NCBI RefSeq assembly: GCF_009914755.1
Contig: NC_060941.1
Length of the DNA: 64,000 bases
Source of the DNA: the human T2T-CHM13v2.0 reference genome, Homo sapiens
Reading direction: 5' to 3' (one strand)
The first letter of the stretch is position 1. Each line of letters begins with the position of its first letter. A program made the translations under genes and the position numbers. This document shows, piece by piece, positions 1 to 13,019 of this stretch. Under the pieces are notes generated by a model. That model worked only from the letters and a program-made list of their open reading frames with translations, ran no database searches and was not told the DNA's origin.

Positions 1-322
1 TCCCTGAATAGTTTTCAAAGTAATCAATGATATTGCTGTGAAAATGTTGCCCAAATGAAGAGTTCTTGTCCAATGAATCTGTGAAGTAATAGACAGATAA
101 TTTTCTTTGTGAATACTTTTGTGGCCAAAGAACGCATTATGTGAGGCAGCAGTAAAAACTTTTCTCAGTAGGTGAGAATGTTCCAAATTTGTTTCCTAGC
201 AACAGGTTCTTCAAAGGAGCTGAAGGGTACACAATTTCAGAAGAATTTTCAGTGGACTTTTTTTTTGTTTGGAAGGGCAAGGGGTGGGAGGAAATGTGTG
301 TCAGGTTGTGATCAGAACAGTG

Positions 323-447
323 TTCCAGTTAGTGCCACATGTGAGATCTTGTTGGGTCAAACTATAGAATAATAACTAACAACTAATAATAATAACTTCT
401 TCCAGTTAGTGACACATGTGAGATCTTGTCGGGTCAAACTATAGAAT
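323..447. repeat. Direct repeat of 48 bp (323-370 and 400-447) with a 29-bp AAT-rich spacer
   Basis: ttccagttagtg(c/a)cacatgtgagatcttgt(t/c)gggtcaaactatagaat occurs twice with 2 mismatches. Confidence 0.95.
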
Positions 448-899
448 CCATCTAAGAAATTCAGTCCAATAAAAATGTATCAACCTCTTACCTGTATAAA
501 GAGGAATTATCTGTATTATTTATGGGCCCAGAAATTTAATAATTTAACAATTTGTCAATCCATGAGCCCCACTCCTAACCACCTTCACAGATAGTAAATG
601 AGGAATTAGGTGGCTTGCTAAAACACGTAGAGATTTTTTAATAAGGATGTTGATTGGAGATATTGAGTAGTTGGAGGAATGAAAATTGGAGAAAAGCAAT
701 CTGGATGAGGAATTTGGGACAAGGATATAGCTTTGACTGTCACAAATGGAGACATCTTACCCAAGCAAAACCTCCATAGCTACCTTCCCAGCTCCCATTT
801 CATGGATTTATCATATGTTCTTAATTTGGTTTTACAACTTGGCCTTCTGATAGTAATAATAACAGCAGTAACAACACCAGGTGGAATTGGAGAGAGTGC

Positions 900-1780
900 T
901 GGAGAGAGGAAATACAATAAGTCTGGTTGGCTAGTTCAATGGCTTAAGACTTTCATCATTTTCTTGCTTCTGGTTCACGCTGACATTAGGAGGACTTTAT
1001 CTAACTATTTTATATATATTATTTTATTTAACCTTTATGGCAATTCTTTGAAATAGCCACTAGTAATATTTCTATCAATCTCAGAGCATTGAACCAATTT
1101 GCCCAAATCACACTATTATTAAGAAATGGTAGAGCTTGGAAAAACATCGGTCACTGAAGTAACTAATCTGACCTATCCAGATCAGTGTGGGTGGTGTGGA
1201 AAGATCTTTCTGTAGGTCTGAGGACACCATGATTTGAGTGCTTAGTCTTAGAGATGATCTGGAATCACTTGAATCTCAGAATGCAAATAGTTCATATCAA
1301 TCATAGGGACTTTCCTGCCATTTCCTATTAAACCTACTACACTAAAAAGTACCCCTTTCAATATAACCACAATAGGTCCAATAAATTATGGATTTGGAAG
1401 CAAGCTGAATTGTCTGGTGGGCTGCCACACTGAACAAATTGCCTGCACAATTGGCCTTCCAAGCATAGGCACAGTCTAATTGTCCCTCCCCTTTTACCAA
1501 CATCTTGAATAAATAGAAACTTGGCATTGGTTTCAATCCCCCTCCTCGCATCTCCCACAAAAGCTTTCTATTTCTTGGAAAAGAAAACTGTCCATTTATC
1601 CTAATAAGTATGAGTTGAGAAAACCATAATCTTTAGGAGAAGTTTCATTTAAAGGAACAATGTGTCAGAACTTGGCCAACAAGAACAAGGTACAATGTCA
1701 GTGTGAACCAGAAGCAAGAGAATGATGAGCGTCTAAGCCACTGAATGAGCCAGCCAGACTTACCATGTTTTCTGTCTCCA
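900..1780. repeat. Inverted repeat pair with ~88-bp arms (900-987 and 1694-1780)
   Basis: Hand alignment of arm 1 with the reverse complement of arm 2 gives ~14 substitutions and 1 indel. The ORF track shows KSGWLVQWL (+) and KSGWLIQWL (-). Confidence 0.9.
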
Positions 1781-2074
1781 AGATTGGACCTGGGAGACAA
1801 AGTGAGCATCAAGTAGTCTTGAAATTCTAGGATACTAAGGAGCAGGGAGCTGAGCATGTGATGAGATACAGCAGCTAGCATGAATGTTTTTTCTTTCTGG
1901 GCTACAGCCTCCTGTATCCCCAAGAAAAGTCTCCCAATAAATATATATTCATCTGTAGGCTAGGCTTCTCTCTCTTTTTTTTTTCAATCAGTGGCTTCAA
2001 ACGTGACTCCTTTTTCATTTTGAATTGATTACTGTACAATTTTTTAACATTCTTTTTTTCTTTCTTTGTTTCAG

Positions 2075-2115
2075 AGGCTACTCTTTAAAGACAGGCATTT
2101 TACTTGCAGCAAAAT
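2075..2115 (+). CDS. ANKFN1: 41-nt internal coding exon (RLLFKDRHFTCSK-I) of ankyrin repeat and fibronectin type III domain-containing protein 1
   Basis: Branch-like TTTAAC at ~2043-2048, long polypyrimidine tract ending tttcAG at 2074, donor AT|GTAAGT at 2116. The translation matches my recollection of the ANKFN1 N-terminus (...RLLFKDRHFTCSKIIGRRF...). I did not find the next exon in the window. Confidence 0.85.
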
Positions 2116-3819
2116 GTAAGTACATTTCCTCCTTGAAATGGTATCTACTTCTCAGCTGTAATTCCTAAAGCCTCCTAATCTTTAAGGCTCCCATCTCACA
2201 TTGCTGCATTTTTAAAGTCTAGCTCAGCACACACAGCCAATCTAACATTTCATACTATTGATTTGTATAACATCATGGAACATTTCAGAAACCAATTTGG
2301 AAGCAGATTGAACTTAATTGTGGTTGTGACAATATTACGTCTAAAGGTAGATAAAAGTGAGGAGTAAAAAAATAGGCAATATTCATTTATATATTATGAC
2401 CATGTGACACTAAACATTTAAATATTCAGTTCTCTCAAATGACTAATTTATTATTCTTTTCCCAGTTGCTCCTCACCGTGTGGTCACAGACTGTTTCTTG
2501 TTTAACGGCATGGTGGTAACCTTAATAATTCCTTCCTGTGTGTACTGCGTTATGGCCACTCTGTAAACCCGTATTCTCTCCAGAACTAATCTCCTGTGTA
2601 TTATGTTTCTTTATTCTTAGTACTTCCAGTGTCTATACCCAAATTACAAATCCCCTCTATTCTGAAAGACCAAAGAAAATTATAGCAGATCTGAACTGGG
2701 AGTTCTGAGTTTTGTCTTTGGAATTAGGGTGATTTTTTTTTTCTTTTTTAATGAAATGAAGGTAAGAATAATTTTAACAAAGGAAAAAAAGAAAGTTTCA
2801 TATGTCTCTGGTGTAATTTAATAATATCCAATTTACAAAAGCAGGAGGTAGATTTAGCTTTAGTATAAAGACCCTAGCTGTTCAAAAGTAGCTCAAAATG
2901 TAGTAAGTTGCTTGTCACTAAGCAAGTAATCAACAACTATAAGGTAGATGGTTGAGTCATGTACCCTCATGGAGGATACATCAACTTCTAATTCATGTAG
3001 AATTTCCAGCAGAGAATACATCTCAGTAGTCACTGAAGCATTTAATTAGACATTCTAGTACCTATCAGAATCCAAAGAGTACAGTTGAATTATATATATT
3101 ATACATGTTCTAATAAATTCTCTTTTGAATCATTCAGTTCCTGAGAAGATTATGTGTTCAGCTGAACTGCAGGAGAAACTTAGTTTTTACTGATTTCCCT
3201 AGGGGTTGGTTTTTTGTTTGCTCTCTAGAATAAATTGATCCCACTGCTGTACATCAAATACTCAAGCGTTAGCACAAAAGACATTCACCCTCAAAACATT
3301 CAGATTTAATGTCAACGTATTACGCATTCACTGATATTTTTTAAAATGTCAGTCTCTGTATTATCTTGCTTTAGTCTTTATTGCATTATCAAGACACCTG
3401 CATGCTATGAATGTTTTAAGCAGCTTTTACCAAGAAAGTCACGTTAGATTTTATGAGTAGTCTCCTTTTCGTGTGCTGTCATGAGTATATTGTTTGTACA
3501 AATGTTAACTTTTGACTGTATTATTTCTTTTGAACACAGAAAGCTGTTCAGGGGAAATTGCCTATGTTTACTTTCTTGCATATTCATATTTGGTAGCTCT
3601 TTACCATACTGTTACTGCCTATTTAGGTTTACTAGTATTTTAAATCAGTTAATGTTAAATACCGAAAGATACTTGGTATATATTAATCGTGAAAATTTGA
3701 TGAAGGGCAATTTAAGGCCGCATTTTAAGTCACTATATGTAAATTTAAACACCCACGTGTTACCGCAGGATCTCTTTATCAAAATTTCAGTTGAAAGCAC
3801 CCGTTACCTTTCAGATTGC

Positions 3820-3860
3820 AAAAAAAAAAAAAAAAAAAAAAAAAAAGGGGGGTTGGGGGG
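3820..3860 (+). repeat. A27 homopolymer followed by G6-TT-G6
   Basis: Read directly; no Alu or L1 body upstream. Confidence 0.9.
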
Positions 3861-5994
3861 TGGCTATTTTACTTTAGAGGTCTCAGTTTGTGACTGTTTG
3901 TTTTCTTTTCACATTTTTTTTTTCTCAGACACATACAGGGTGCTTAGTGACCTATTTCATTAGTAAACATTTTGAGAAGGAAGCTTGCACTGGGATTATA
4001 AACAATCCAGACAAAATGGGTCTACCCAGCTCCCCAAGCAATCTCTGAGCAACCGGGGAAAGGTTGGTCTGACCCATGGAGTCACGGAAACATATTAAAA
4101 TCACCAGGCAATCTTGACCTGGGTTCTTTTTGGCAGCTACATTGAACCAGCCCCTCTGGAGTTGACTTTTTGTCCTAATGATGATTGTATTATTCAACCA
4201 ATACAAATGGAAAACGACCTAATCAACGTTCCATTCAGACAAGACTTAGATCTATAGTGAATGACAGGAGACTTTCCAAGTAAAGGTCCTGGAAATGTAT
4301 ATGCAACACATAAAATCCCAACCCACGGATGGAGGACAGCTTTAGCCAAGTCAGGAAAATATGCCTCCATAGAGGAATAAGGCTGGGCGATGGAAGGAAC
4401 TCAGGAGCAAAAATCAAAAGGCTAATGGCTAAGTCCCAGTTCACTCCTTCAGTAGTATAATTTGGAGTATGTTACTTAACCCTTCGGTTTCAAAGTATCT
4501 TTTTGGGGAAGGAGAGAGGAAGGAAGACATTTTCTCCTGACCCCTTCAAAGGGTTGTTGTGATAATCACATGATATAATGTTTTGGAAAAATTTTACCAT
4601 CTGAAAATGCTTTGTATTACCAATAATCTTATTAAATTATTGGAGACCCTCCCTGTTTTAGTGGGAGTCCTTGGGATTCTGGTGGCAAGCTTTGGGCCTT
4701 CAAATTAATGCTACACAATAGAAGAAAATAGAACACTACTGGGCCAGGTCACTGCTCTGGAAAGACTTGCACCCACATTCTTTCTTTTCTTTTCAACCGC
4801 TCATATTCTTTAGGACCACTGCCTCTGGTGGAAGAGAATTATCTTCTGGGTGGTATGGGTGAGAAAGTTGCCAAAGAAACCTGAATTATCTAGAGGCCTG
4901 TAAAATGCGCAATTGCTTTTTAAGAGGCTTGGTGATATCGTGTGTTCCTTTCGATTTTTGGCAGGAACCATTTTCTGCAATTTGTGGTTTTGCAATTTCT
5001 CTTTTCACAGACAACACCCTGGCTCTCATTCAATGCCCCATTGGTGGGGGTGAGGTGGGGAAAAAGAAAGATTCCCTGGGGCCCTGACTGCTCCAGAAAA
5101 AGAAGGAAATGTTAATGAAATAAGTCAGAAAAGAACGCTAGAGACTAGTGGAAGCTGGTTGGTTTTGGGGGAAGAAACAACTTTTAATAAATTGCATGGT
5201 GTGGCTAGGATTTTAGCTGAGGCTTTCATTGTCTGGGCAAAGACCTGTTCTCTTAATTCTTCTTGCCTCTCCACTGAGCTTTGTTTGGGTTACAATGTCA
5301 ATCTTTTTTCTTCATTTTTTTTCCTGTATTCAACAAGCCTAGAGCAGTCTCTTTCACTGGTTCCTTGGCCTCTTCTAGAGGGATTTTCTTTAAGTATTCC
5401 ATCTCTAAGTATCCATTTGCCAATTACATTAACTTGGTTTGTGTAATTTAGCTCAAGATCTATGCATCAGAACTTTTTGCCCTCATTCTGGGTGCCTTTT
5501 CTTCCCCTTCCCTATGGCTTTAATGCCCTTTGCAGAGGAGGTCTATGGCCAGCAAAGCAGTACAGGGATGTAGCATTTATGTAGGCAAGAGTGATTTGTT
5601 CTGTTTCTATTCATCGCCTCTGGAAAGGGTTTGCAGACTTTTGTTTGCTTTTTTATGGCTGCTAGGCACTGTGCTGAAGGATTTAAAGTTGCATCCAGTG
5701 TTAACCTTGTATTCTTTCTCTGTTCACTTTTTTATATCAAAACAGTCCTCTGTTTCCAAAGGAGTGGATTCCCAGGGCCTATGCCCATCGTTCTTGGGCT
5801 TTCCATGCACAAAGGCCACGTATTTCTTCTCTTGTCATGACCTAAATGTCACTGCTTCTTGTACTTCTAAAAGGACAATAAAGGTAATTGCTACTCATAT
5901 GTTAATTACAATCCCCCAAATTTCACGTATTTCGGGAAAATATGATTTTACTGTGTGTGTGTTGTAAACATTTAGGGAATTACTTCTGTTATGG

Positions 5995-6800
5995 AATCAT
6001 AAATCATGGAACTTTAATTTTGGAAGATGCTTTCAATATGATGCAGTTCAACAGCCCACCCCTAGCTGTCCTCACAACATCTTCTCTCGAAGCCCTTCCT
6101 CTATCTCATATGGTAGCCTAATCCGTTTTTTAATAGCTCAGTATTCAAACTTTCTTTCGCTAACCTGAGATAACCTCCCTCTGACTTTGGGTCATTTGTG
6201 CTAGTTTATCCCTTCTGGAGCAGCTCAGAAGAAGCTGACTCCTTCCCCACATGACAACCCTCCAAATATTTTGGAATCTGATCCCGTATACTCTCTGAGT
6301 CTTCCTTGTCCAGGCTAAACATCCTCAATTTCTTCAGCCATTCTTCACACGACTTGGTTTAGTTATCCTTTTCCATTTATCCAAGTTGCATTTTTCAATG
6401 CTCCTTTTAAAATGTTACAGCCTGAACTGAAAAGAATACTGCTGAGATGGCTGACCAGTACAGAGCTTCTAGAAAAAAACAAAAACAAAAAGAAATTCTC
6501 GTTCTGGTGTGTTAGTTTTATTACAATAACTAAGAGCACATCAAAAATTTTAATAGCACTTTAGTCCTGAGGCTAATCTAAAACCCCTAGATACAAAAGC
6601 TGCTACTAAAACAGATTTTTCAGTCATGTATCTTTGCACTTGGTTTTGAATATGATGCAAAATATATTTATCCATGCAACACGTAGTAATTTCAGAATAT
6701 AAGTAAAACTATTAGGAGTTTTTTGAATTTAAATTATTTTAAATCCTTTGTCAGTTTGATCTGCCTCTTGGCTTCATTCAAGAGATTGGTAGAGACAGTG
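5995..6800 (-). mobile_element. Ancient L3/CR1 LINE fragment
   Basis: CR1-like motifs such as tccaggctaaacatcctcaatttcttcagccattcttc and ggctgaccagtacagagc; boundaries approximate. Confidence 0.55.
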
Positions 6801-7084
6801 AATATCTGGATTTTAAGCTCCTCAAAGGTGGAACCATGTTTTATTCATCTTTGTCTCTCCTGAAATGTCTGTGATATTCTCTTAAACAACCAGATGCTCA
6901 GTAAATGCTTACATTAACTCAATCAACAGAATCAAATACAAAGTAGCTTTCCAACACCCAGACTGGGACCTATCTTTAGGCTGATATCTGTGCCCTGTAG
7001 AAACTAAGATAAATACTTAAAATACATTATACTGCTAATGCTTGGCAATTTTGTAGCATTGTAGAGTTAATTAATAATGCCACC

Positions 7085-7320
7085 TCAAGGGCTAGATAGT
7101 CTGAATTCTAATCTTGCTAGACTTTACTGGTTATGTGCTTTAGAGCAAATTAGATTACCTTGTCTGTTCCTGACAAATAAAATATAGTAATAAATTATTT
7201 GTATCTGCGTCATAAGGTGTTTGTGAGGCATGTAAATGCAAGCTCAAATTACATGTAAAGAATATAGAAAAAATTCTGGTAATATAAAAATAATAATAGT
7301 AGTAATAGTTGTATTGTTGT
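7085..7320 (+). mobile_element. MIR SINE fragment
   Basis: MIR-like tctgaattctaatcttg...gcaaattagattacct...gtttgtgaggcatgtaaatg. Confidence 0.5.
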
Positions 7321-7849
7321 TGCTTTTGTTATTATTTTCAATATATGCTAATAGAGCCACCCAATCCTAAGAGAAACAAAAAACAACTTTGATAGAACTT
7401 GTTCATATTAAACCCATATTGACTTCAACTAATAATTTTATTATCAAAATGCTAGTGTGATCTGAATATAACCGACTGCTTCATGGGCCATTTAAGCTCA
7501 GACATGCATTCGAAAATGGAAAATCAAAACATCTAAAAAGATGACAACAATGTACATTTTTGCTGAAGTCCTTCAAAGGGGAATTATGTTACATTCCACA
7601 GCAAAATATTCTAAAGATCTTCTTAACCCAAATTTCTCATTTTGAGTAACAACTCAAACATTTTACCTTTCTGTCTGTGCTTTATAAAAACAAAATGTGC
7701 TGTTTTGTTCTTGTTTTTTTCTCACTTACCTCTTCTCTCCTAATCATGTCCAGTTCTCCAGAACTACTAAATTACTAGCCTAATCTTTTCTGTCTACAAC
7801 TCCTCCATTCCCTATATAATTTTATGTGGCCCTTCCAGGTGGCATGTGA

Positions 7850-8497
7850 AAAGATGTGTATGTTTGCCTGTGTGTACGTGTGTGTACATTATATATTATA
7901 TACCTAATATATAAAATATATTATGACTTTCACTGATAAAATAGATGTGTAACAAAATTTATGATTGATGAATGAATATAGTTTCCATGTAAATGTGGTT
8001 GATATTTATATATATGTTAATGAGTAAGACAAAAATGAAACAGAAAAGGTATACCTCACAGGTCCACTCTTCATCAATAAATGTGAACAACTTCTTTGCT
8101 TAACTGGATAAGAGTTTTGAATACAGTTGAATATTTCCTCAAATTTCCATGTTACTCACAATATGACAGCTATAGACAGAACATTCCTTTTTGTTTAATC
8201 TGCATCATTAACATTCTCATCACTTTCTTAAACGTAGACAATCAACAAAACAATAAATCAAGACCTGGTTGGTAGCATTTGCCAATTTCTGTGGTGTAAA
8301 TGCTGCTGCCATGGCCATTTTCAAGTTACCAACATGATGTCACTAAATGTGTAATTAGGAAGATGTGCAGTAACACACCTTTATATGGTATTCACACCAT
8401 ACGGATACAAAGCATTCAAATAAACTAAAAAGCATAGGTAATTTAAAATGCAGCAAAATAATTAAGAAGTGATGAGTTTTTAGCATTTATTTCCTTT
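7850..8497 (-). mobile_element. MER63 (hAT-Blackjack) DNA transposon, left part, split by an L1
   Basis: Matches recalled MER63C/D reverse complement (tagacaatcaacaaaacaataaatcaag...gtgatgagttttt); continues at 12877. Confidence 0.75.
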
Positions 8498-10188
8498 GGG
8501 GTTTTTTTTTTTAGCTTTTATTTTAGGTTAACAGGTACATGTGCAGGTTTGTTATATAGGTAAAATTATGTTACAGGAATTTGTTGTACAGATTATTTTA
8601 TCACCCAGGTACTAAGACTAGTACCCAATAGTTATTTTTTCTGATCCTTTTCTTCCTCCCACCCTCCACCCTCAAGTAGGTCCCGGTGTCTGTTGTTCCC
8701 CTCTTTGTGTCCATAAGTTCTCATCATTTAGCTGCTACTAATAAGTGAGAACATGCAGTATTTGGTTTTCTGTTCCTGCATTAGTCTGCTAAGGATAATA
8801 ATCTTCAGCTCCATCCATGTTCCCACAAAAGACATCATCTCATTCTTTTTTATGGCTGCATAGTATTCCATGGTATATATGTACCACATTTTCTTTATCC
8901 AATCTGTCATTCATGGGCATTTAGGTTGATTCCATATAATTACTATTGTGACAGGTGTTGCAATGAACATTCACATACATGTGTCTTTATGGTAGACTGA
9001 TTTACATTCCTCTGGGTATGTACCCAGTATTGGGATTGCTGCGTTGAATGGTAGTCCTGTTTTTAGCTCCTTGAGGAATCACCACACTGCTTTCCATAAT
9101 GGTTGAATTAATTTACAGTCCCACCAAGAGTGTCTAAGTGTTCCCTCTTCTCTGCAACCTTGCCAGGATCTGTTATTTTTTTACTTTTTATTAACAGCCA
9201 TTCTGACTGGTATGAGATGGTATCTCACAGTGGTTTTCATTTGCATTTCTCTAATGTTCGGTGATATTTGACTTTTTTTCATATGCCTGTCAGCCACATG
9301 TATGTCTTCTTTTGCAGTGTCTGTTCATGTCCATTGCCCACTTTTTAATGTTTGTTGTTGTTGTTGTTTCTTATAAACTTGTTTAAGTTCCTTACAGATG
9401 CTGGATATTAGACCTTTGCGAGATGCATAGGTGGCAAATATTTTCTCCCATGCTGTAGATTGTCTGTTTATTCTGTTCATAGTTTCTTTTGCTGTGCAGA
9501 AGCTTTTACATTTGATTAGATCCCATTTGTCAACTTTTGCTTGCGTTGCAATTACTTTTGGCATCTTCATCAGGCCATTTTTGTCCATTCCTATGTCCAC
9601 AATGGTATTGCCTAGGTTGTCTTCCAGAGTTTTTATAGTTTTGGGTTTTACATTTAATTCTTTAATCTATCTTTAGTTGATTTTTGTACATGGTGTAAGG
9701 AAAGGGTCCCGTTTCAATCTTCTGCATATGGCTAGCCTGTTACCCCAGCACCATTTCTTGAAAAGGGAGTCCTTTCCTCACTGACGGTTTTTGTCAGCTT
9801 TGTCAAAGATCAGATGGTTGTAGGTGTGCAGCCTTATTTCTAGGCTCCTTATTCTGTTCCATTGGCCTATGTGTCTATTTTTGTGCCAGTACCATGCTAT
9901 TTTGGTTACCGCAGCCCTGTATTATAGTTTGAAGTTGGCTAAGGTGATGACTCCAGCTTTGTTCTTTCTGCTTAGGATTGCTGTAGCTATTCAGACTCTT
10001 TTTTGGTTCCATATGAATTTTGAAATCATTTTTTCTAATTCTGTGAAAAATGTCTTTGGTAGTTGGATAAAAATAGCACTGAATCTGCAAATCACTTTAG
10101 GCAGTATGGCCATTTTAATCATATTGATTCTTCCTATCCATGATCCATGAGCATGGAATGTTTTTCCATTTATTTGTGTCATCTCTGA

Positions 10189-10514
<326 letters not shown>

Positions 10515-10883
10515 CTGATTTCTTTGAACAATGCTTTGTAGTTCTCATTGTAGATATCTTTCACCTCCCTAGTTAGCTGTATTCCTAGATATTTTATTCT
10601 TTTCGTGGCAATTGTGAATGGGATTGCATTCCTGATTTGAATCTTGGCTTGTCTGTTGTTGGTGTATAGGAATACTAGTGGTTTTTGAACATAATTTTGT
10701 ATCCTGAAACTTTGCCGAAGTTGTTTATTAGCTGAAGGAGTTTTTAGGCCAAGACTATGGGGTTTTCTAGATACGGAATCAGGTGGTCTGCAAACAAGGG
10801 TAGTTTGACTTCCTCTCCTCCTATTTGGATGCCCTTTATTTCTTTCTGTTGCCTGATTGCTCTGGCCAGGACTTCCAATACTA

Positions 10884-10962
10884 TTAGGTTGGTGCAAAAG
10901 TAACTGTGGCTTTTACATTTACTATAATGGCAAAAACTGCAATTACTTTTGCACCAACCTAA
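10884..10962. mobile_element. MADE1 (Hsmar1-derived MITE) inserted in the L1
   Basis: 79-bp near-palindrome ttaggttggtgcaaaagtaa...ttacttttgcaccaacctaa with a TA duplication on both sides. Confidence 0.95.
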
Positions 10963-12876
10963 TACATTGACTATGAGGAGTGAGAGAGGGCATCCTTGAC
11001 TTGTGCCAGTTTTCAAGGGAAATGCTTCCAGCTTTTGCCCTTTAAGTATGATGTTCTCTGTGGGTTTGTCATGGATGGCTCTTACTATTTTGAGCTATGT
11101 TCCTTCACTGAGAGTTTTCAACATGAACTGATGTTGAATTTTATTGAAAGCCATTTCTGCATCTATTGAGATAATCATGTTGTTTTTGTCTTTAGTTCTG
11201 TTTATGTGATGAATACCATTTATTAATTTACATATGTCGAGCCAACCTTGCATACCAGGGATGAAGCCTACTTGATTGTTGTGGGTTAGCTTTTTAATAT
11301 GCTGCTGGATTTGGTTTGCAAGTATTCTATTAAGGACGTTTGCATCAATGTTCATAAAGGATATTGGCCTGAAGTTTTTGTTGTTGTTGTGTCTCTACCA
11401 AGTTTTAGTATCAGGATGATGCTGGCCTCATAGAATGAGGTGGGGAAGAATTAGTTCCCTCTTCAATTTTTGGAACAGTTTCAGTAGGAATTGTACCAGC
11501 TCTAAACACCCACATCTTTTACATCTCTTTGTACATCTGGTAGAATTCTGCTGTGAATTCATCTAGTCCTGCCCTTTCTTTAATCGGTAGGCTATTTATT
11601 ACTGATTCAATTTTGGAGCTCATTATTGGTCTGTTCAGGGAATCAATTTCTTCCTGGTTCAGTCTTGGGAGGGTGTATATGTCAGGAATTTATCCATCTC
11701 TTCTAGGTTTTCTAGTTTCTGTGCATACAGGTATTCATGGTAGTTTCCGATAGTTATTTTTATTTCTCTGGGGTCAGTGGTAACATCCTCTTTGTCATTT
11801 CTAATTGTGTTTATTTGGATCTTCTCTCTTTTCTTCTTCATTAGTCTAGCTAGTAGCTTATATATCATTAATTTTTATAACAAACCAACTCCTGGATCTT
11901 TTGGAATGGTTTTTTTTTGTGTCTCAATTTCTTTCAGTTCAGCTCTGATTTTGGTTATTTCTTGTCTTCTGCTAGCTTTGGTGTTGGCTTTCTCTTGCTT
12001 CTCTAATTCGTTCTGTTGTGATGTTAGGTTGTTAATTTGAAATATTTCTAACTTTTTGATGTGGGAGTTTAGTGCTATAAATTTCCCACTGAAGGCTGAT
12101 TGAACTGTGTCCCAGAGATTCTGGTATGTTTTATCATTGTTCTCATTAGTTTCAAAGAACTTCTTGGTATCTGCCTTAATTTCATTACTTACCCAAAAGT
12201 CATACAGGAGCATGTTGTTTAATTTCCATGTAATTGCATGACTTTGAGCAATTTTTGTAGTCTTGACTTCTATTTTTACTGTGCTGTGGTCCAAGAGTAT
12301 GTTTGATATGATTTCAGTTCTTTTGCATATGCTCATTGTTTTATGTCTAATTGTGTGGTCGATTTTAAAGTATGTGCCATGTGGTAATGAGGAGAATGTA
12401 TATTCTGTTGTTGGGGACAGAGTTCTGTTGAGGTCTATCAGATCCATTTGGTCCAATGTTGAGTTCAGGTCCTGAACATTTTTGTCAATTTTCTGCCTCA
12501 ATGATCTGTCCTCAAAAATACTGTCAGTGGAGTGTTGGAGTTTCCCACTATTATTGTGTGCGAATCTAAGTCTCTTTGTAGACTAAGTCTCTAAGAACTT
12601 GCTTTACGAATCAAGGTGCTCCTGTGTTGAGTATATATATATTTAGGATAGTTAGACCTTCTTATTGAATTGAACCCTTTACTATTATGTAATGCCCTTC
12701 TTTGTCCTTTGTGATCTTTGTTGGTTTAAAGTCTGTTTTGTCTGAAATTAGGGTAGCAACCCCTGCTTTTTTACTAATTTCCATATGCTTGGCAGATTTC
12801 CTCCATCCCTTTATTTTGAGCCTATGGGTGTCATTATATGTGAGATGGGTCTCATGAAGACAGCATACCATGAGTC

Positions 12877-13019
12877 CCTTGTATTTAATGCAAGTTGTTT
12901 AACTGTAAGTTTGAATAATTTAATTTGTAACAATTATTGTGTTTAACGAATAGCTTACAAATTCTTGAAAATCTGACAATTGCTCCCCGGCAAACTGGTA
13001 CAAATCTAGCATAACACTG
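12877..13019 (-). mobile_element. MER63 right part including terminus
   Basis: Continues the MER63 consensus from the point interrupted at ~8497 and ends ...cactg. Confidence 0.7.

Noticed and set aside
323-447. Repeat-spacer-repeat resembling a CRISPR array
   Set aside because: Only two units, a low-complexity spacer, primate DNA and no cas genes.
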